Under the pieces are notes generated by a model. It was not told the origin of the DNA. It did no database searches and saw nothing but the letters and a program-made list of their open reading frames with translations. Positions 10,553 through 20,840 of a stretch of 64,000 bases of DNA are shown here, in pieces (the stretch's first letter is position 1; each line of letters begins with the position of its first letter). This DNA comes from an uncultured delta proteobacterium (GTDB taxonomy: Bacteria; Desulfobacterota; Desulfuromonadia; Geobacterales; Pseudopelobacteraceae). The translations under genes were made by a program, and so were the position numbers. The DNA lies in contig CAVYYZ010000008.1 in NCBI GenBank assembly GCA_963772835.1, positions 128,001 through 192,000 on the forward strand, read 5' to 3'.

Positions 10553-11166
10553 ACTTTCTCTTCCACATGCTGCTCTCCGGGGACGACGCACAGATACTGA
10601 CCGGCAACTTCATGGGTGACTTTGTCAAAGGGCCGATTCCCGGCCGATTTCCCGAGCGGATAAGTCAGGGGCTTGCCCTGCACCGCAGCATTGACTCTTT
10701 TGCCAGCAGGGATGATCTGTTCCGGCGGAGCAGGCTGCGGCTTGACCCGCATTACGGTCTGTATCGCGGAGTACTGATCGACCTGTTCTACGATCATTTT
10801 CTGGTTTCCGAGTGGAATCGTTGGTCTGATGAACCGTTCGACCGGTATCTCGACAGGACCAGGCTGATTATCGAGAGTCAGCGGAGCGAGATGCCTGAGC
10901 GGTTACAAAAACTCCTGCCTATTATATTTGAGGAGCTGCTCCCTTCATATCGCGAGATTGGCGGCATCGGTACAGCTCTGGAACGGATGTCGCGAAGGGT
11001 GATCCGTCACAACCCACTGGCAGGGGGCGAAGCCGAGTTGATTCGGCATTACGAAGACCTGCACACCGATTTTCGCGGATTTATGCCGCTGGTACAGCGC
11101 TTTGCCGCGGACTTTATTTCTGTAGAACCTGCCCCGTCGAAGCAGGTCGGTATTTTGCCAAGCTGA
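10549..11166 (+). CDS. ACP phosphodiesterase (AcpH/DUF479 family)
   Basis: MNFLFH, GNFMGDFVKG, HRSIDSF, DLFYDHFL. Confidence 0.88.
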   Translation: MNFLFHMLLSGDDAQILTGNFMGDFVKGPIPGRFPERISQGLALHRSIDSFASRDDLFRRSRLRLDPHYGLYRGVLIDLFYDHFLVSEWNRWSDEPFDRYLDRTRLIIESQRSEMPERLQKLLPIIFEELLPSYREIGGIGTALERMSRRVIRHNPLAGGEAELIRHYEDLHTDFRGFMPLVQRFAADFISVEPAPSKQVGILPS

Positions 11167-11221
11167 TGGCCTCTCTAATTAGACTCATAATTTTTAAGCA
11201 TGCCCCGGTTATACTCTCCCG

Positions 11222-12094
11222 ATGAGCCACTTCGCCTTTACCCTGATCGTAATCTCGGCTGTCATGCATGCCCTCTGGAACCTGCTGGTTAAGCGCAGTC
11301 GCCACAAAACTGTCTTTATCTGGTGGATGTTCATAGCCTCCGGCGGGCTGTTCTCTCTGGTAGTCCCTCTGCTGCCGGAGCCGTTTCATCGGCCTGACAC
11401 CCACACACTGCTCATGGTATCACTCGCCGCGGTCTGCTTTGTGCTCTACCATCTTCTCAATGGCCGTGCCTATCGGGGAGGGGACCTTTCGGTGGTGTAT
11501 CCGCTCTGTCAGACCTCAATGATCTATGTGCCTATCTGGGGAATTGTTCTGCTGGGTGAGCGGCTATCGTCTACGGGGGCATGCGGTATCCTGCTGGTAC
11601 TATTCGGCACATACTCGATACAACTGCAGCGCCTGTCTTTCGGCGAGATGGCCCGCCCATTCCGTAACCTGAAGAGTCCGCCGGTGCGGGACGCTCTGAC
11701 AGCCGGCTTCATCTACTCCATCGGATCGATTGCGGAAAAAAGCGGGGTCGGAAGCTATTCGCCGCTTTACTTCACCTATATTCTGGTGCTGCTGATGCTG
11801 TTCCTAATGTCTTTCAACATGGTCCGTCCGAAGTATCGTGCCCTGATCGGCGCAGAGCTGCGCGAACATTGGGGGCTTATTCTCTGTAGCGGCCCGATCA
11901 TGATGGCGTCCTTTCTGACCTTCCGCTACGGACTCAATCTATCGCAGGTGAGCTATGCCGTGCCGGTCCGACAGGTCAGCATCGTCATCGGCGTGCTGAT
12001 CGGCATCCTTTTTCTAAAGGAATCCTTCGGCCGGATACGCCTTGTATCAGCGCTCTTTATTCTGGCCGGTGTTGCATTGATCCGGCTCGGGTAG
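11222..12094 (+). CDS. EamA/DMT family transporter
   Basis: About 10 TM; SAVMHALWNLLVK, GDLSVVYP. Confidence 0.88.
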   Translation: MSHFAFTLIVISAVMHALWNLLVKRSRHKTVFIWWMFIASGGLFSLVVPLLPEPFHRPDTHTLLMVSLAAVCFVLYHLLNGRAYRGGDLSVVYPLCQTSMIYVPIWGIVLLGERLSSTGACGILLVLFGTYSIQLQRLSFGEMARPFRNLKSPPVRDALTAGFIYSIGSIAEKSGVGSYSPLYFTYILVLLMLFLMSFNMVRPKYRALIGAELREHWGLILCSGPIMMASFLTFRYGLNLSQVSYAVPVRQVSIVIGVLIGILFLKESFGRIRLVSALFILAGVALIRLG

Positions 12095-12117
12095 GCAGGT
12101 GGCCATTCAGATTTATT

Positions 12118-12528
12118 TCAAGGCACGATGAATGTATCCACTGCCTGATTGGACGTATTGCCGTTAAAATCGGTCAGGAAAATGCTGAACGTATAGGTCC
12201 CCGCAAGATATGCGGCGTAATCAATACTGAATAAGATGGTTCCGTGCGTCACCCCGGGGAGGTTCAGTACCGATTTTGACCGGTAAATTTCGAACCCTCT
12301 GCCATCAAATACGGCAACGGTTATCGTGTCGATATCAGAGTCAGGAGCAGAAAAATCGACACTCCCGTCAATGAATCCCGTCGTCGTGTGCTTGGTAAAC
12401 CGGTATGACGTGATTGATGGCGGGTTTATCACGGTTCCGACAGGAACGACAAACAAAAGGCCGACATCTCCGCAACCGGATATGGTCAGCATCATGATGG
12501 CAACTATGCCTAAAAAAAGTCTCTTCAT
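12118..12528 (-). CDS. Putative lipoprotein (beta-rich)
   Basis: MKRLFLGIVAIMMLTISG-C lipobox; AAGGAGG RBS. Confidence 0.7.
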   Translation of the reverse strand: MKRLFLGIVAIMMLTISGCGDVGLLFVVPVGTVINPPSITSYRFTKHTTTGFIDGSVDFSAPDSDIDTITVAVFDGRGFEIYRSKSVLNLPGVTHGTILFSIDYAAYLAGTYTFSIFLTDFNGNTSNQAVDTFIVP

Positions 12529-12786
12529 AACGTCCTCCTTTTGCAAGCAGTACCTCATGATGAAACCGCCTGCATAATCTCAACCAAGCGTTAGATATAT
12601 TTCCTGCTGCAGCTGTATACGCAAGAAGTTGTGCGCTTTGTACAGTGATAAAACCGAACGGTGTATCTATCTACTCCAATCCTGAGCCGGTAAAACGGCA
12701 TATATGCCTCATGTGAGGCGGCGATTATCTTATTCAGGTACGGATCGGGGGGGCCGTTGTTTCCCTCTCTCATTTCAGGCAAGTCC

Positions 12787-14148
12787 TTACTGGAAAAGGA
12801 TTGCAGATTCGCCGTCGGAGTAAATCCTGATTGATATTTTATCCTGCTGTACGATCACATCATTAAACGTCAGGTTTTTTATGTTACCCTTCAGAAAGAC
12901 GTGCTCCAAAAGTTGAATTCTATCCAGCGCCTTCCCGGCCATCAGTCGGGTTTGCTCCAGTCGTGCGGTCAAATCCAAATTAAGTTTCTCCTGAATTACG
13001 CTTCTGATTGTGCCGTGAAGAAACCAGTCCGCCGATTTATGCAACATATTCTCGGTCTGCATATCGAAATCTACATCCTGCACCGAGAACATGTTTGTCT
13101 GCGGGTTGAAAACCGGCCTGGCAGTCAGATAGAATGTCCCTTCGAGTGCGCCGAGAGTCTCCAGCTTAACCACAAGCCTGTCACCGTTTCCATACAGATC
13201 CAACTCCTTTATACGTATGCTTTTCCCGTCTGAATCAAACGTCCTGTTGAGCAGCCTGGTTGAGGCTATGCCACGCAGTTCTTTGTAAAATAGATCGGCG
13301 TTCAGGGCTATACGGAATGACTTGTCGAACGCGGCGGCCTGTGTAAGGTCGGGAAGCGGACGCAGTGGGCGGGGAGGAGGTTCCGGGCCCACAACAAGCT
13401 CGGCATAGGTGCGGATGCCTACGCTCAGTCTCACCCTGTTGTTTCGGGCTGATAACGGGTAAAGCATCACGTCCTGAGGAGTCAGTGTAAGCCAGGCGCT
13501 GTAATCCTTGTCCAGTAGCAGCGGTTTCTGCACCTCGTTCCAGATCTTGGCGATCTCTTTTTTCAGTGGGAATGCATCGTTGATCTTTTGTGCAATCAGG
13601 TCAGACAATACCTTCTGTACCGGCCGGGTAACATCTTCCACGATGCTGCGCGGATTGAACGAAAACAGGCCGATCCGCACATCTTCCGCAAGCAGATCAC
13701 TGAGACCCTGATAACTGATGTCCGCGTGAAGTCGCCAGTCTGGGGTGATGGTGGCTTTGACCCTGAATTTCATCCTCAGGGGAATGGTCGGCGTCTCGAA
13801 CATGCCATAACTGAGAAGCAGGGTAACCGGCAGAGTGATAAACAGGTAGTCATCAGCGGCGGTTACAACAATCGGTTCGCTTCGTACAACGTCCGCGGTT
13901 ACTCCCCTGGTTCCGGTTGACCCTTTGTACAACTCCGTGCGGACGGACCGGTTCAGTAGTCTGGCAAGGTCATCCGTCGTTGTTTCCACAGGGATATTGA
14001 GCGTGGAGGGTTCCATTTTCAGCGCCGTACGAAATGCCTCCGCTTTTGGTCGCTCGGCCGTAAGCGGTCGTGCGGCCGCACAGGCGAAGAGGGAACACGC
14101 AGTCAATAAAAGTACTGCCCGTAATAACATCCTGTTTTTCAACATCAT
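12787..14148 (-). CDS. DUF4403-like lipoprotein
   Basis: Signal peptide ending SLFA-C; IAKIWNEVQKPLLLDKDYSAWL pattern; start chosen at MMLKN. Confidence 0.7.
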   Translation of the reverse strand: MMLKNRMLLRAVLLLTACSLFACAAARPLTAERPKAEAFRTALKMEPSTLNIPVETTTDDLARLLNRSVRTELYKGSTGTRGVTADVVRSEPIVVTAADDYLFITLPVTLLLSYGMFETPTIPLRMKFRVKATITPDWRLHADISYQGLSDLLAEDVRIGLFSFNPRSIVEDVTRPVQKVLSDLIAQKINDAFPLKKEIAKIWNEVQKPLLLDKDYSAWLTLTPQDVMLYPLSARNNRVRLSVGIRTYAELVVGPEPPPRPLRPLPDLTQAAAFDKSFRIALNADLFYKELRGIASTRLLNRTFDSDGKSIRIKELDLYGNGDRLVVKLETLGALEGTFYLTARPVFNPQTNMFSVQDVDFDMQTENMLHKSADWFLHGTIRSVIQEKLNLDLTARLEQTRLMAGKALDRIQLLEHVFLKGNIKNLTFNDVIVQQDKISIRIYSDGESAILFQ

Positions 14149-14222
14149 AAATGGCACCTTCTCCCGGAATTTGAGCAGGGGACTTTCGTCCACAGGGAAA
14201 AACTTCTGCCGGCATGCTCTTT

Positions 14223-14618
14223 TCAAGGCCGGTTCATTGAGAGTGTCTTGATCAGAGGGACGAGCGACGGTTCCAGGGAACCCATATTTTCTTTGCCAAG
14301 TTCCTCCAGAGCGGTGCGCACGTTCTCGGAATCAGCAATAAGAGCCGCCACATCTACCCACAGACAGGCATCAGGGACCAGCTTCAGGTATTTCACCCCA
14401 CTTGCGAGGAGACTGACAGCACCGCCATAGTTCCCGTTACGCCAGTGATGAAGGGCCACCGAGATCTGTAAAGACCCTTGAAGGAGGTTTCGGACCTCGC
14501 CTGTTTCACCAATCCACAATTCTTCCAGAGATTCATGGCAATTGTACCAATCACGGCTATTGAACTGCCTGATAGCGTCCAGCAGCCGGCCGGGTGGTGA
14601 CTCTTCACATCTGCGCAT
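14223..14618 (-). CDS. DUF309-family protein
   Basis: FN..DWYNCHESLEELW...QGSLQISVALHHWRNGN. Confidence 0.88.
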   Translation of the reverse strand: MRRCEESPPGRLLDAIRQFNSRDWYNCHESLEELWIGETGEVRNLLQGSLQISVALHHWRNGNYGGAVSLLASGVKYLKLVPDACLWVDVAALIADSENVRTALEELGKENMGSLEPSLVPLIKTLSMNRP

Positions 14619-15025
14619 GGTGAATCCTTTGGGGTGATAATCGTGAGCCGCAGGCGTTTAATCAAAGAGAAAGAAATACGCCTGATTCTGCCCCTGGTGC
14701 AGATTATACAATAAATGAACTCTGTTTCTCCAGAACTTCCGGTATCCTGCGGCACCTTCAGATTGTCTGTGCACCGGTAAAACAGGCCGGCGAAAAAATG
14801 ATTGAGATGATGACGTTGCATTCAGAAATAAAGCATATATAATTCATCCGGTTATGATACAAACGGTAATAGTCTGATCCGCTGACGCGCGCCCGGGCGG
14901 TTCTTGCCATTAACATTCTGACTGTGGCTTTTTAAGAAATCGAGCAGCCCGGTGATGTAATGATAGTACTGACCCGGTTTCAATTGATCGCCATATTGCG
15001 CCATAACACTATCCGGAGGAAACGA

Positions 15026-16117
15026 ATGCGTATCAATAAAATAGGAATTCTTACCGGCGGAGGCGACTGCCCCGGTCTGAACGCCGTCATACGAGGAGTG
15101 GTAAAGTCTGCAATTATACGACATGGCTGGGAGGTTATCGGAATCGAGGACGGCTTTGACGGCCTGTTGGACCTGAGCAAGTGTAATCCGTTAACGCTCG
15201 AAAGCGTGCGCGGAATTCTGCCCCGTGGCGGTACGATACTCGGGACTACAAACCGGGGAAATCCTTTTGATTATCCGGTCGAACATGATGGGAAAATTAC
15301 CCGTACTGATATTTCAGATCGGGTTGTAGAAAATATCAGGGCCCTTGGCATAGACGCACTGATTGCAGTCGGAGGCGAGGGCTCGCTCAAAATTGCACTT
15401 GAACTTTCCGGCAAAGGTGTCCCCCTGGTTGGTGTACCGAAAACTATCGATAATGACCTGCGCGAAACGGATTTCACGTTCGGGTATAATACCGCCCTGG
15501 AAACGGCCACCGATGCGCTGGACAAGCTTCATACCACCGCCGAGAGCCATCACAGGGTGATGATTCTTGAGGTGATGGGGCGCTATGCAGGGTGGATCGC
15601 TCTGGAGTCGGGAATAGCCGGCGGTGCGGACGTTATTCTCATACCCGAAATCCCTTTTGAGATTGAACGGATCTGTGCCGCAATCAAACGTCGCTGCGAC
15701 CGCGGGAGCCGCTTCAGCATAGTCGTTGCTGCCGAGGGGGCCTTTCCTGCCGGAGGCGACCGGGTGGTAGCCAAAGTGGCCGACGATCGCAACACCATTG
15801 AACGGTTAGGGGGGGTCGGCCAGTACGTGGCAAAACAGATTGAGCAATGTCTGGAAATGGACGTTCGGGTAACCGTGCTGGGCCATCTGCAGCGAGGAGG
15901 GTCTCCAACCACTTTTGACCGCGCCCTGGGAAGTCGTTTCGGCACAAAAGCCGTGCAGATGGTTGCTGCCGGTGAGTTCGGCCGCATGGCCTGCCTGAAA
16001 GGGCGCCGCATCACTTCGTCTACTATCGAGGAAGCCACACGGGAGTTAAATCTGGTGGACCCCGCCGGAGAAATCGCGCGGACTGCAGAAGACCTTGGCA
16101 TTATGATAGGGCGATGA
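15026..16117 (+). CDS. pfkA: 6-phosphofructokinase (group III type)
   Basis: LTGGGDCPGLNAVIR, GGEGS, PKTIDND, EVMGR, LGHLQRGG; GGAGG RBS. Confidence 0.93.
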   Translation: MRINKIGILTGGGDCPGLNAVIRGVVKSAIIRHGWEVIGIEDGFDGLLDLSKCNPLTLESVRGILPRGGTILGTTNRGNPFDYPVEHDGKITRTDISDRVVENIRALGIDALIAVGGEGSLKIALELSGKGVPLVGVPKTIDNDLRETDFTFGYNTALETATDALDKLHTTAESHHRVMILEVMGRYAGWIALESGIAGGADVILIPEIPFEIERICAAIKRRCDRGSRFSIVVAAEGAFPAGGDRVVAKVADDRNTIERLGGVGQYVAKQIEQCLEMDVRVTVLGHLQRGGSPTTFDRALGSRFGTKAVQMVAAGEFGRMACLKGRRITSSTIEEATRELNLVDPAGEIARTAEDLGIMIGR

Positions 16118-16141
16118 TGCGCGATGCTTCATATGCAAGTA

Positions 16142-16357
16142 CTACAGAGGCTCAGGGAATTTCTCCATGCAGTCATCACGGCTCCATGAGTCCAATTCTC
16201 CATTTGTCAGTGTCACCTGAACGGTTTCTCCTCCCCGGGTACATCCAAAAGAAAAACCCACTTCACCGTTCCTGACATTGCGTAACGGCACGTGTTCTTC
16301 CTGTTGTTCTGTCCGGTAGCAGACCTGATCATAACTGGTTGTTGTCACAAAGCTCAC
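16142..16357 (-). CDS. Small hypothetical protein
   Basis: 71-aa ORF, GTG start with purine-rich RBS, co-oriented downstream of ferritin-like gene. Confidence 0.6.
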   Translation of the reverse strand: MSFVTTTSYDQVCYRTEQQEEHVPLRNVRNGEVGFSFGCTRGGETVQVTLTNGELDSWSRDDCMEKFPEPL

Positions 16358-16372
16358 CCCCTTCTCTCCAGG

Positions 16373-16861
16373 CTAAAGGCTTTTTAGATTGCTGAATTCA
16401 CCCCACTCCAGATACGTTCTGGGGTCTTCGACGAAAGAATATATCTCCTCGAGCATTTTCAGATGTTCACGTTCTTTTGACGCCAGTAATTGGCAGATCC
16501 TTTTCAGTTGTTCACTCTCCGCCTGGTCGCTCAATTGAACGAAGAATTCAATCGTGTCCTCTTCCTCCTGCACGACATGGCGGTAGGCATCCGGATCATC
16601 ACGTAAGATTTCTGTTACGTGCTTCGGGTCGATATGCGGGCTGTATACACACACGCTGCCGTCAAGTTCCTGATAAGTGTCTCCATCAACTCCCCTCATA
16701 TTTCCTTCCAAAACGCCCAGCTTGTCGACGTACTCGCCTTCTGCAGATGCGAGCAATGAAAAGAGACGTTTTAGCTCTCCATTTTCTACCGCTCCGGCGA
16801 GGCATTCATAATGTGACTGCGCCTCTCTTTTCATTTTTATAGTACATTCAAGTATGTTCAT
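16373..16861 (-). CDS. Ferritin/rubrerythrin-like protein
   Basis: IKMKREAQSHY...LFSLLASAE and LASKEREH helix pairs; GGAGG RBS. Confidence 0.8.
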   Translation of the reverse strand: MNILECTIKMKREAQSHYECLAGAVENGELKRLFSLLASAEGEYVDKLGVLEGNMRGVDGDTYQELDGSVCVYSPHIDPKHVTEILRDDPDAYRHVVQEEEDTIEFFVQLSDQAESEQLKRICQLLASKEREHLKMLEEIYSFVEDPRTYLEWGEFSNLKSL

Positions 16862-17115
16862 TGTTTTTCCTCCCCTTGTCTGACAACGCTGCATCAGGCT
16901 TTACCTGCTCTCCCTGATATATAATACTCCATTCAGGTAAACATGGCACATGTATTCTTGAGCATAAGAGTCGGTTTTGGTGCTGAGGTGAGTTGTCTTT
17001 TGAAAAACTGCCTGGATCCATAAAAGTTCCGCTCAGAAATGAAACAAATAACTACACCTGAGTAATTCCTAAGAGTACAATACGGGTGTAAGTCAGAAGA
17101 AAGGTTTGGCCGGAT

Positions 17116-18528
17116 ATGGACACAGCATACGACCTGATAATACTTGGTTCCGGATCAACGGCATTTGCTGCGGCGTTGCGTGCTACTCACTACGGATCGC
17201 GGGTGTTGATGTTTGAAAAAAGTGTGCTGGGGGGGACTTGTATCAATTGGGGGTGCATCCCAAGCAAAACTTTAATTCATGCTGCACTTTTCAAACATGA
17301 AGCTCACCTCGGAAACGGGATCGGCCTCAACTGTGATGATGAGGGACATGCTGTCGATGCGGAGCGGCTCTTCAGGCACCGGGATGCTGTGCTGACTGAA
17401 TTGCGACAGGAACGGTATCTCAACGTTCTTGGAACTATGAAAGGGTTGACACTCATCAAGGGGACGGCCAGATTTCTCAATTCTCACACAGTCGAATGCG
17501 ACGGCCGGCAGTACAGCTCCAAGCGATTTCTCATTGCGGTGGGCGGCAATCCACGCACCCTCGATCTGCCGGGCCTGGAGAAGTGCTCGTATTACACCAG
17601 TCGCAGCGCTCTGTTACTCAAGAAACTTCCCGCCTCTCTTGTGATAATCGGAGGCGGTGTTATCGCCGTCGAACTGGGTCAGATGTACCACCGGTTGGGA
17701 TGCCGCGTGACAATTCTTGAACATGGCCCCCGTATACTGCCAACGGTCGAACGGGAGCTTTCCGAAGTTCTCCAGGATATTCTTGAACGGGAGGGTATCA
17801 AGGTCGTCACGAATGTGGTTATCAACTCTCTGGACAGATTCGGTGATCTGAATGTTGTATATGCAGATGTTGCGGAGCATCACCATAAATTCACCTGTGA
17901 GAAACTTCTCTTTGCGGTTGGAACTCTCCCGGCCACTTCAGAAATCGGATTGGAGGCCACCGGAGTAGTGTTGGACGAAAAAGGATTCATTGTTACTGAC
18001 CGGCAGATGCGCAGTTCAGTGGAAGGTATCTGGGCTGCCGGTGATGTCGTCGGAAAAATGATGATAGCTACGGTCGGAGCCAGGGAGGGGATCGTTGCTG
18101 TGGATGACATGTTTAACCGGGGATGCGGCTGTGCCATGGATTATCTGGCTGCACCGATGGCAATCTTTACCGATCCTGAGGCCGCCATGGTCGGCCATGG
18201 CGAAGAGAGTGCCCGGGAGGCGGGATTTGATTGTATGGTAAACTGCATGCCGGCCGGCTCAATTCCGAAAGCGCACGTTACCGGTATGACAGATGGCGTT
18301 ATCAAGATGATTGCCGACCGGGTTTCCGGCCGCATTCTTGGAGTCCACCTGGTCTGCCACAGGGGTGCGGACATCATCAATGAGGCTGCTCTGGCACTGC
18401 GCATGAGGGCTACGGTGTCTGACATTGCATCGACGATGCATGTTTACCCCTCTATGGGTGAAGGACTTAAACTCTGTGCCCAGGGGTTTGATCGTGATAT
18501 CAGTCTGCTTTCCTGCTGCGCCGAGTGA
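17116..18528 (+). CDS. merA: Mercuric reductase-like flavoprotein disulfide reductase lacking the N-terminal NmerA domain
   Basis: GSGSTAFAAA, GGTCINWGCIPSK redox disulfide, C-terminal LSCCAE vicinal Cys pair characteristic of MerA. Confidence 0.8.
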   Translation: MDTAYDLIILGSGSTAFAAALRATHYGSRVLMFEKSVLGGTCINWGCIPSKTLIHAALFKHEAHLGNGIGLNCDDEGHAVDAERLFRHRDAVLTELRQERYLNVLGTMKGLTLIKGTARFLNSHTVECDGRQYSSKRFLIAVGGNPRTLDLPGLEKCSYYTSRSALLLKKLPASLVIIGGGVIAVELGQMYHRLGCRVTILEHGPRILPTVERELSEVLQDILEREGIKVVTNVVINSLDRFGDLNVVYADVAEHHHKFTCEKLLFAVGTLPATSEIGLEATGVVLDEKGFIVTDRQMRSSVEGIWAAGDVVGKMMIATVGAREGIVAVDDMFNRGCGCAMDYLAAPMAIFTDPEAAMVGHGEESAREAGFDCMVNCMPAGSIPKAHVTGMTDGVIKMIADRVSGRILGVHLVCHRGADIINEAALALRMRATVSDIASTMHVYPSMGEGLKLCAQGFDRDISLLSCCAE

Positions 18529-18554
18529 GAATGTCGATGGTTCTGCACCGTAAT

Positions 18555-18583
18555 ACCGACCGGTTCGGGATCGGCCGGTTTTT
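18555..18583 (+). terminator. Probable intrinsic terminator between convergent merA and doxX
   Basis: ACCGACCGGTTC-GG-GATCGGCCGGT hairpin + T tract. Confidence 0.6.
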
Positions 18584-18593
18584 GTATTTCTAC

Positions 18594-18995
18594 TCAGCCG
18601 TTAAATTTCCCTTTGTCTCTGATACCGTCGACGCTCCATATCCCGCTTCCCTGAGTAGAAATGAACAGGAAAACGAAACAATACAGTGCCGCCAGTTCTC
18701 CGTTATTCAGGAGAGGCAGCAGCGCCTTCGTTCCGTGAGCCATCCAATAGGCAAAGGCCATCAGGCCGCTCGCAAGAAAAGCCGACCAGCGCGTACACAA
18801 TCCAATCATAACCAGAGCGCCTCCGACCAACTCGATCGGACCTGCTATATAGGTGATGAACGCGGGAACTCCCGGAGGCATTGCGACCGGGTAACCGAAC
18901 AGCTTCTGGACACCATGCCAAAGGAACATAAAACCGACAACGATCCGCATCGCTGCGTAACAGTGCGGGTTAAAAACAGACATTAATGCTTTCAT
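18594..18995 (-). CDS. DoxX-family membrane protein
   Basis: RIVVGFMFLWHGVQKLFG, ELVGG, NNGELAALYCF, GSGIWSVD. Confidence 0.9.
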   Translation of the reverse strand: MKALMSVFNPHCYAAMRIVVGFMFLWHGVQKLFGYPVAMPPGVPAFITYIAGPIELVGGALVMIGLCTRWSAFLASGLMAFAYWMAHGTKALLPLLNNGELAALYCFVFLFISTQGSGIWSVDGIRDKGKFNG

Positions 18996-19016
18996 GATAA
19001 CACCTCCCCCGGGCTT

Positions 19017-19214
19017 TCAGGGTAACATCAGATTGGGCTCTTCTGCGGCAGAGGGACTGATTTTCCTGCATTTCAGTCCGCACAGCATACACCGCTTATC
19101 AGGCATGTGACGCTGACAGGTTTCGCACCAGTAGGTGGCGCGGGGTGAGTCGGCACATGTCAGGCACGCAACAGAACTGTTTCTATCACCGCAGCAGAAT
19201 TCCATTTTGTCCAT
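19017..19214 (-). CDS. Small Cys-rich hypothetical protein
   Basis: 65 aa with CC, CxxC, CxxC and CxxCxxxC; co-oriented upstream of doxX. Confidence 0.6.
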   Translation of the reverse strand: MDKMEFCCGDRNSSVACLTCADSPRATYWCETCQRHMPDKRCMLCGLKCRKISPSAAEEPNLMLP

Positions 19215-19469
19215 GGTTACTTTACCCGCATATTTCCTGCCGTCTAACCGGATTACCGAAAAATCCAGCCGCTTACTGTTGGATTATACTCTCAACATAT
19301 CTTGATGGAAATTGTAAATGAGCACCGACAGGCCCTCTTTCTGAAAAAATTGCTGATCCATTCCGGGATAAACAGGAGTATAATTATCCCGTATGAAGTA
19401 GTCGTTTTTATGTCAGCCCTAACCTGCTATCCGTTGCGGGTGAAGGCTCAAGGGAAGGAGTTGAGATAC

Positions 19470-20378
19470 ATGAAAGCAACAGTGAATGTTCATGAACTGC
19501 AACAGCTCATCAATACCGGATCTGTCACACTTTTTGACGTTCTCCTGCCGGAGGATTTTGCCTGTCGCCATATTCCCGGTGCGGAGAATGCGTGTGTCTA
19601 CGAAATGGTGTTTCCGGACAGGGTAGCCGAATGCATACCTGACCGGGACAGAACCGTAGTTGTTTACGATGACAGTGGTACGACACTTGCTGCCAGAACG
19701 GCCAAAGAGAAGCTGGAACGTGCCGGATATTGCAACGTGGCAATTCTGGAAGGGGGGGTCCAGGCCTGGAAGGCCGCTGGATTCGCGATTGAATCTGTCG
19801 CAACGACCGGGGCATCACCTGTAATCAGTGATGGAGTCTATCGTGTCGATGTGGAAAAGAGTGTGGTCGAATGGAGCGGGCGCAATATCAATAACCGCCA
19901 TCATGGCCGGATCAGTATGTCTGCCGGAGAGGTTATTCTGGAAAACGGCCGCCCGAAATCGGGCCGGTTTGTGCTCGATATGAAAACAATAACGAACCTG
20001 GATCTTCAGGATGAAAGTTGGCGGAGTATGCTGCTCCGGCATCTGAACTCTGATGATTTTTTCGATGTGGAACGTTTTCCTGCGGTAACCTTCGAGTTGC
20101 GCAGTGCCTCTGTAATCGCCGCGTGCACACCGGGGACGCCAAACATGGAAATAGCCGGGATGCTGACTATCAAGGATTCAACCCATTCGATCCGTTTCCC
20201 GGCCATTGTCGCAGCGCAAGAGGATGGAAGCATTAAGGCACAGGCCGCACTCAGCTTTGACCGTACACTCTGGAATGTATGTTACGGCTCAGGGAAGCTG
20301 TATGAACGCCTCGGCATGCATCTGGTACATGATCTGGTCAGCGTAGAGCTCTTCATCGCTGCAAGAGCAGTGGCATAG
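19470..20378 (+). CDS. Rhodanese-like + YceI-family fusion protein
   Basis: LFDV..EDFACRHIPGAEN and LEGGVQAW (rhodanese); HLNSDDFFDVERFP, DRTLWNV (YceI); AAGGAG RBS. Confidence 0.88.
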   Translation: MKATVNVHELQQLINTGSVTLFDVLLPEDFACRHIPGAENACVYEMVFPDRVAECIPDRDRTVVVYDDSGTTLAARTAKEKLERAGYCNVAILEGGVQAWKAAGFAIESVATTGASPVISDGVYRVDVEKSVVEWSGRNINNRHHGRISMSAGEVILENGRPKSGRFVLDMKTITNLDLQDESWRSMLLRHLNSDDFFDVERFPAVTFELRSASVIAACTPGTPNMEIAGMLTIKDSTHSIRFPAIVAAQEDGSIKAQAALSFDRTLWNVCYGSGKLYERLGMHLVHDLVSVELFIAARAVA

Positions 20379-20392
20379 CAGCTTGAAACCTG

Positions 20393-20830
20393 TCACCGGT
20401 GACGCCGGAACCAGGCAGCTATTGCCTCGCTGCTTTGAACACCGGAAAGCCGGTCGGCGACTTTTCCCTGCCTGATCAGTGCCAGTACCGGAATGCTGTT
20501 CACGCTGAAGCGTTGTGCCAGTGCCGGATTTTCCTGAGTGTTGACCTGTACCACTGCCGCCTCACCTGCCAGCATCCCCGCTACTTTCTGTACCGTCGGT
20601 GCAAATGACGCGCAGTGGGGACACCACGGAGCCCAGAACTCTGCCAGCACCTGGCCGCCATAGCCGTTAATGAAGGTGTCAAAGGTCCGCTCCGTCAGTT
20701 GCAGCGGCCTGTAGTACATCGGCAGCAATTCTTTATGGCAATTGCCGCAACGTCCCATCCTCCCTTCCTTCTCAGCCGGAATCCTGTTTATCGTTTCACA
20801 GGAGTTGCACGTGATAGTATACGTTGACAT
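20393..20830 (-). CDS. trxC: Thioredoxin with N-terminal Zn-binding motif (TrxC-like)
   Basis: CNSC..NRIP..CGNC, FWAPWCPHC. Confidence 0.8.
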   Translation of the reverse strand: MSTYTITCNSCETINRIPAEKEGRMGRCGNCHKELLPMYYRPLQLTERTFDTFINGYGGQVLAEFWAPWCPHCASFAPTVQKVAGMLAGEAAVVQVNTQENPALAQRFSVNSIPVLALIRQGKVADRLSGVQSSEAIAAWFRRHR

Positions 20831-20840
20831 TTCAGCTCCA

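Noticed and set aside
16943..16960. Sigma54 promoter upstream of the merA-like gene
   Set aside because: TGGCAC is present but the -12 element reads TTCT rather than TTGC
17053..17090. MerR operator (TACACC...GGTGTA inverted repeat)
   Set aside because: Arm spacing is too long for a MerR dyad and there is no merR in the window
18525..18986. 153-aa ORF after merA as a mer accessory gene
   Set aside because: It crosses a terminator and is antisense to the well-supported doxX gene
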